Assembly: GCA_963514005.1 (NCBI GenBank)
Contig: OY740795.1
Coordinates: 992,001 to 1,056,000 of the forward strand
Direction: 5' to 3'
Source: Raja brachyura
Lineage: Eukaryota
DNA length: 64,000 nucleotides
Position numbers and translations under genes: made by a program. Positions 62,938 through 64,000 of this stretch are shown here, in pieces. How positions within the stretch are numbered: position 1 is the first letter of the stretch; each line of letters opens with the position of its first letter. The notes below the pieces were generated by a model. The model saw nothing but the letters and a program-made list of their open reading frames with translations. It searched no databases and was not told the origin of the DNA.

Positions 62938-64000
62938 GTGAGTAAATCAATATCAATTTCACCCTACAAACAGCTTGCAATGTTTACTTTATCATCGTTA
63001 ATTTTTGTGCACATCTTTCATCCATTGTTCTTTATCTCTCCACATCACCGTCCATATCGCTCGTATCCCTTATCCCTAACCAGTCTGATAAAGGGTCATT
63101 CCTTGTCTCCAGAGATGCTGCGTGTCCCGCTGAGTTACTCCAGCTTTTTGTATCTATCTTCAGTTTCACTGAAATTAATTTGCTTGTGCGTGTTCCCCTA
63201 TTGAGAGGGGAGAAACCTTGTTCGTACGGCATCATGGAAGACTTATTTTGCTAATCACAGAAATGTTATACAGTGGAAGGATCGCATTAGGATGCTTACA
63301 TCTAGGTCCAACTGTTCCCCATTTTATTCCATTGGTCTTTACTCTATCTCCCACTTCCACTATCTACCACAAGGACCCATGACCTTCCAACAGCTATTCA
63401 TTTCCGTTGTTAAAAATCTTCCATTACCATCCCCTCTGGTAAACCACGCCAGCTGCCAGTCGCTGGCTCTCCCATGCTTCCTGCAATGTTCAGAAGACAT
63501 TGAAGAATATTCGGCCCATGGCATCTCTTTTGGCTTTCAGACCAAACCCATCATCCTCACTACCAATCTCTGACTCCCTGACATCTATACCCTCGCTCCC
63601 ACACGCCCTTTAACCTTCGCATGCTTCATGTACCACCCGGCACACCAGGGGTACATGAGAATGAACACGTTGATTTATCGGATCATTGCAGAGCTCAGGA
63701 ATTGGACCTTATGATCACCATGTCCACGCCAACATTTTTGCTGTGTGTACATCCCATTTGCCCGCCCGAGCACCGCATCCTTCTATGCCATGCCTTTTCA
63801 AATGTCTGTCTCACTGCCTACCTGCAATATACATGCATGAGAGGCATAAGAAGTGAATGCATCTGATTCTCCCACCTCCCCTGGCTTCGTGTTCCAGATA
63901 TAAACCATCCTCTATCTCTAAAAGAAACTTACATCCCCTTGAAATTTCCTTGCTCTCACGTTAAATCGACACCACAGAGAATTCCACAGTTGTGAATCTG

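Noticed and set aside
1-64000. Prokaryotic systems such as CRISPR arrays, retrons or operons suggested by many RT ORFs
   Set aside because: The RTs are eukaryotic LINE fragments, genes have spliceosomal introns, and no repeat-spacer array, rRNA or standalone tRNA was seen.

Overview
Vertebrate genomic DNA, most likely from a cartilaginous fish (skate/ray/shark), inferred from the repeat content and the GPR139-like genes. It is repeat-rich, with CR1, Rex1/Babar, Tx1 and Penelope retroelements, a Tc1 transposon, a hAT element, a MITE and SINEs, and has three N gaps. Among the repeats lies a compact RAG-rearranging antigen-receptor locus of TCR-delta type, made of two back-to-back units. The left unit (minus strand) runs: leader, IgH-like V with 23-RSS, J with 12-RSS, C-delta-like exon with one in-frame TAA, candidate hinge exon, TCR alpha/delta-type TM exon. 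I found no D segment in it. The right unit (plus strand) runs: leader, a second IgH-like V of the same family, three D segments with 12/23 RSS resembling mammalian TRDD3, and a J; its downstream partner exon lies outside the window. Between the units are an intact TCR-alpha/delta-type V (minus) and a probable V pseudogene remnant (plus). The left end holds an intact two-exon GPR139-like GPCR and a disrupted paralog. Most receptor segments are missing from the ORF track and were read by hand from RSS and splice signals. Family assignments rest on motif recognition, not database searches.
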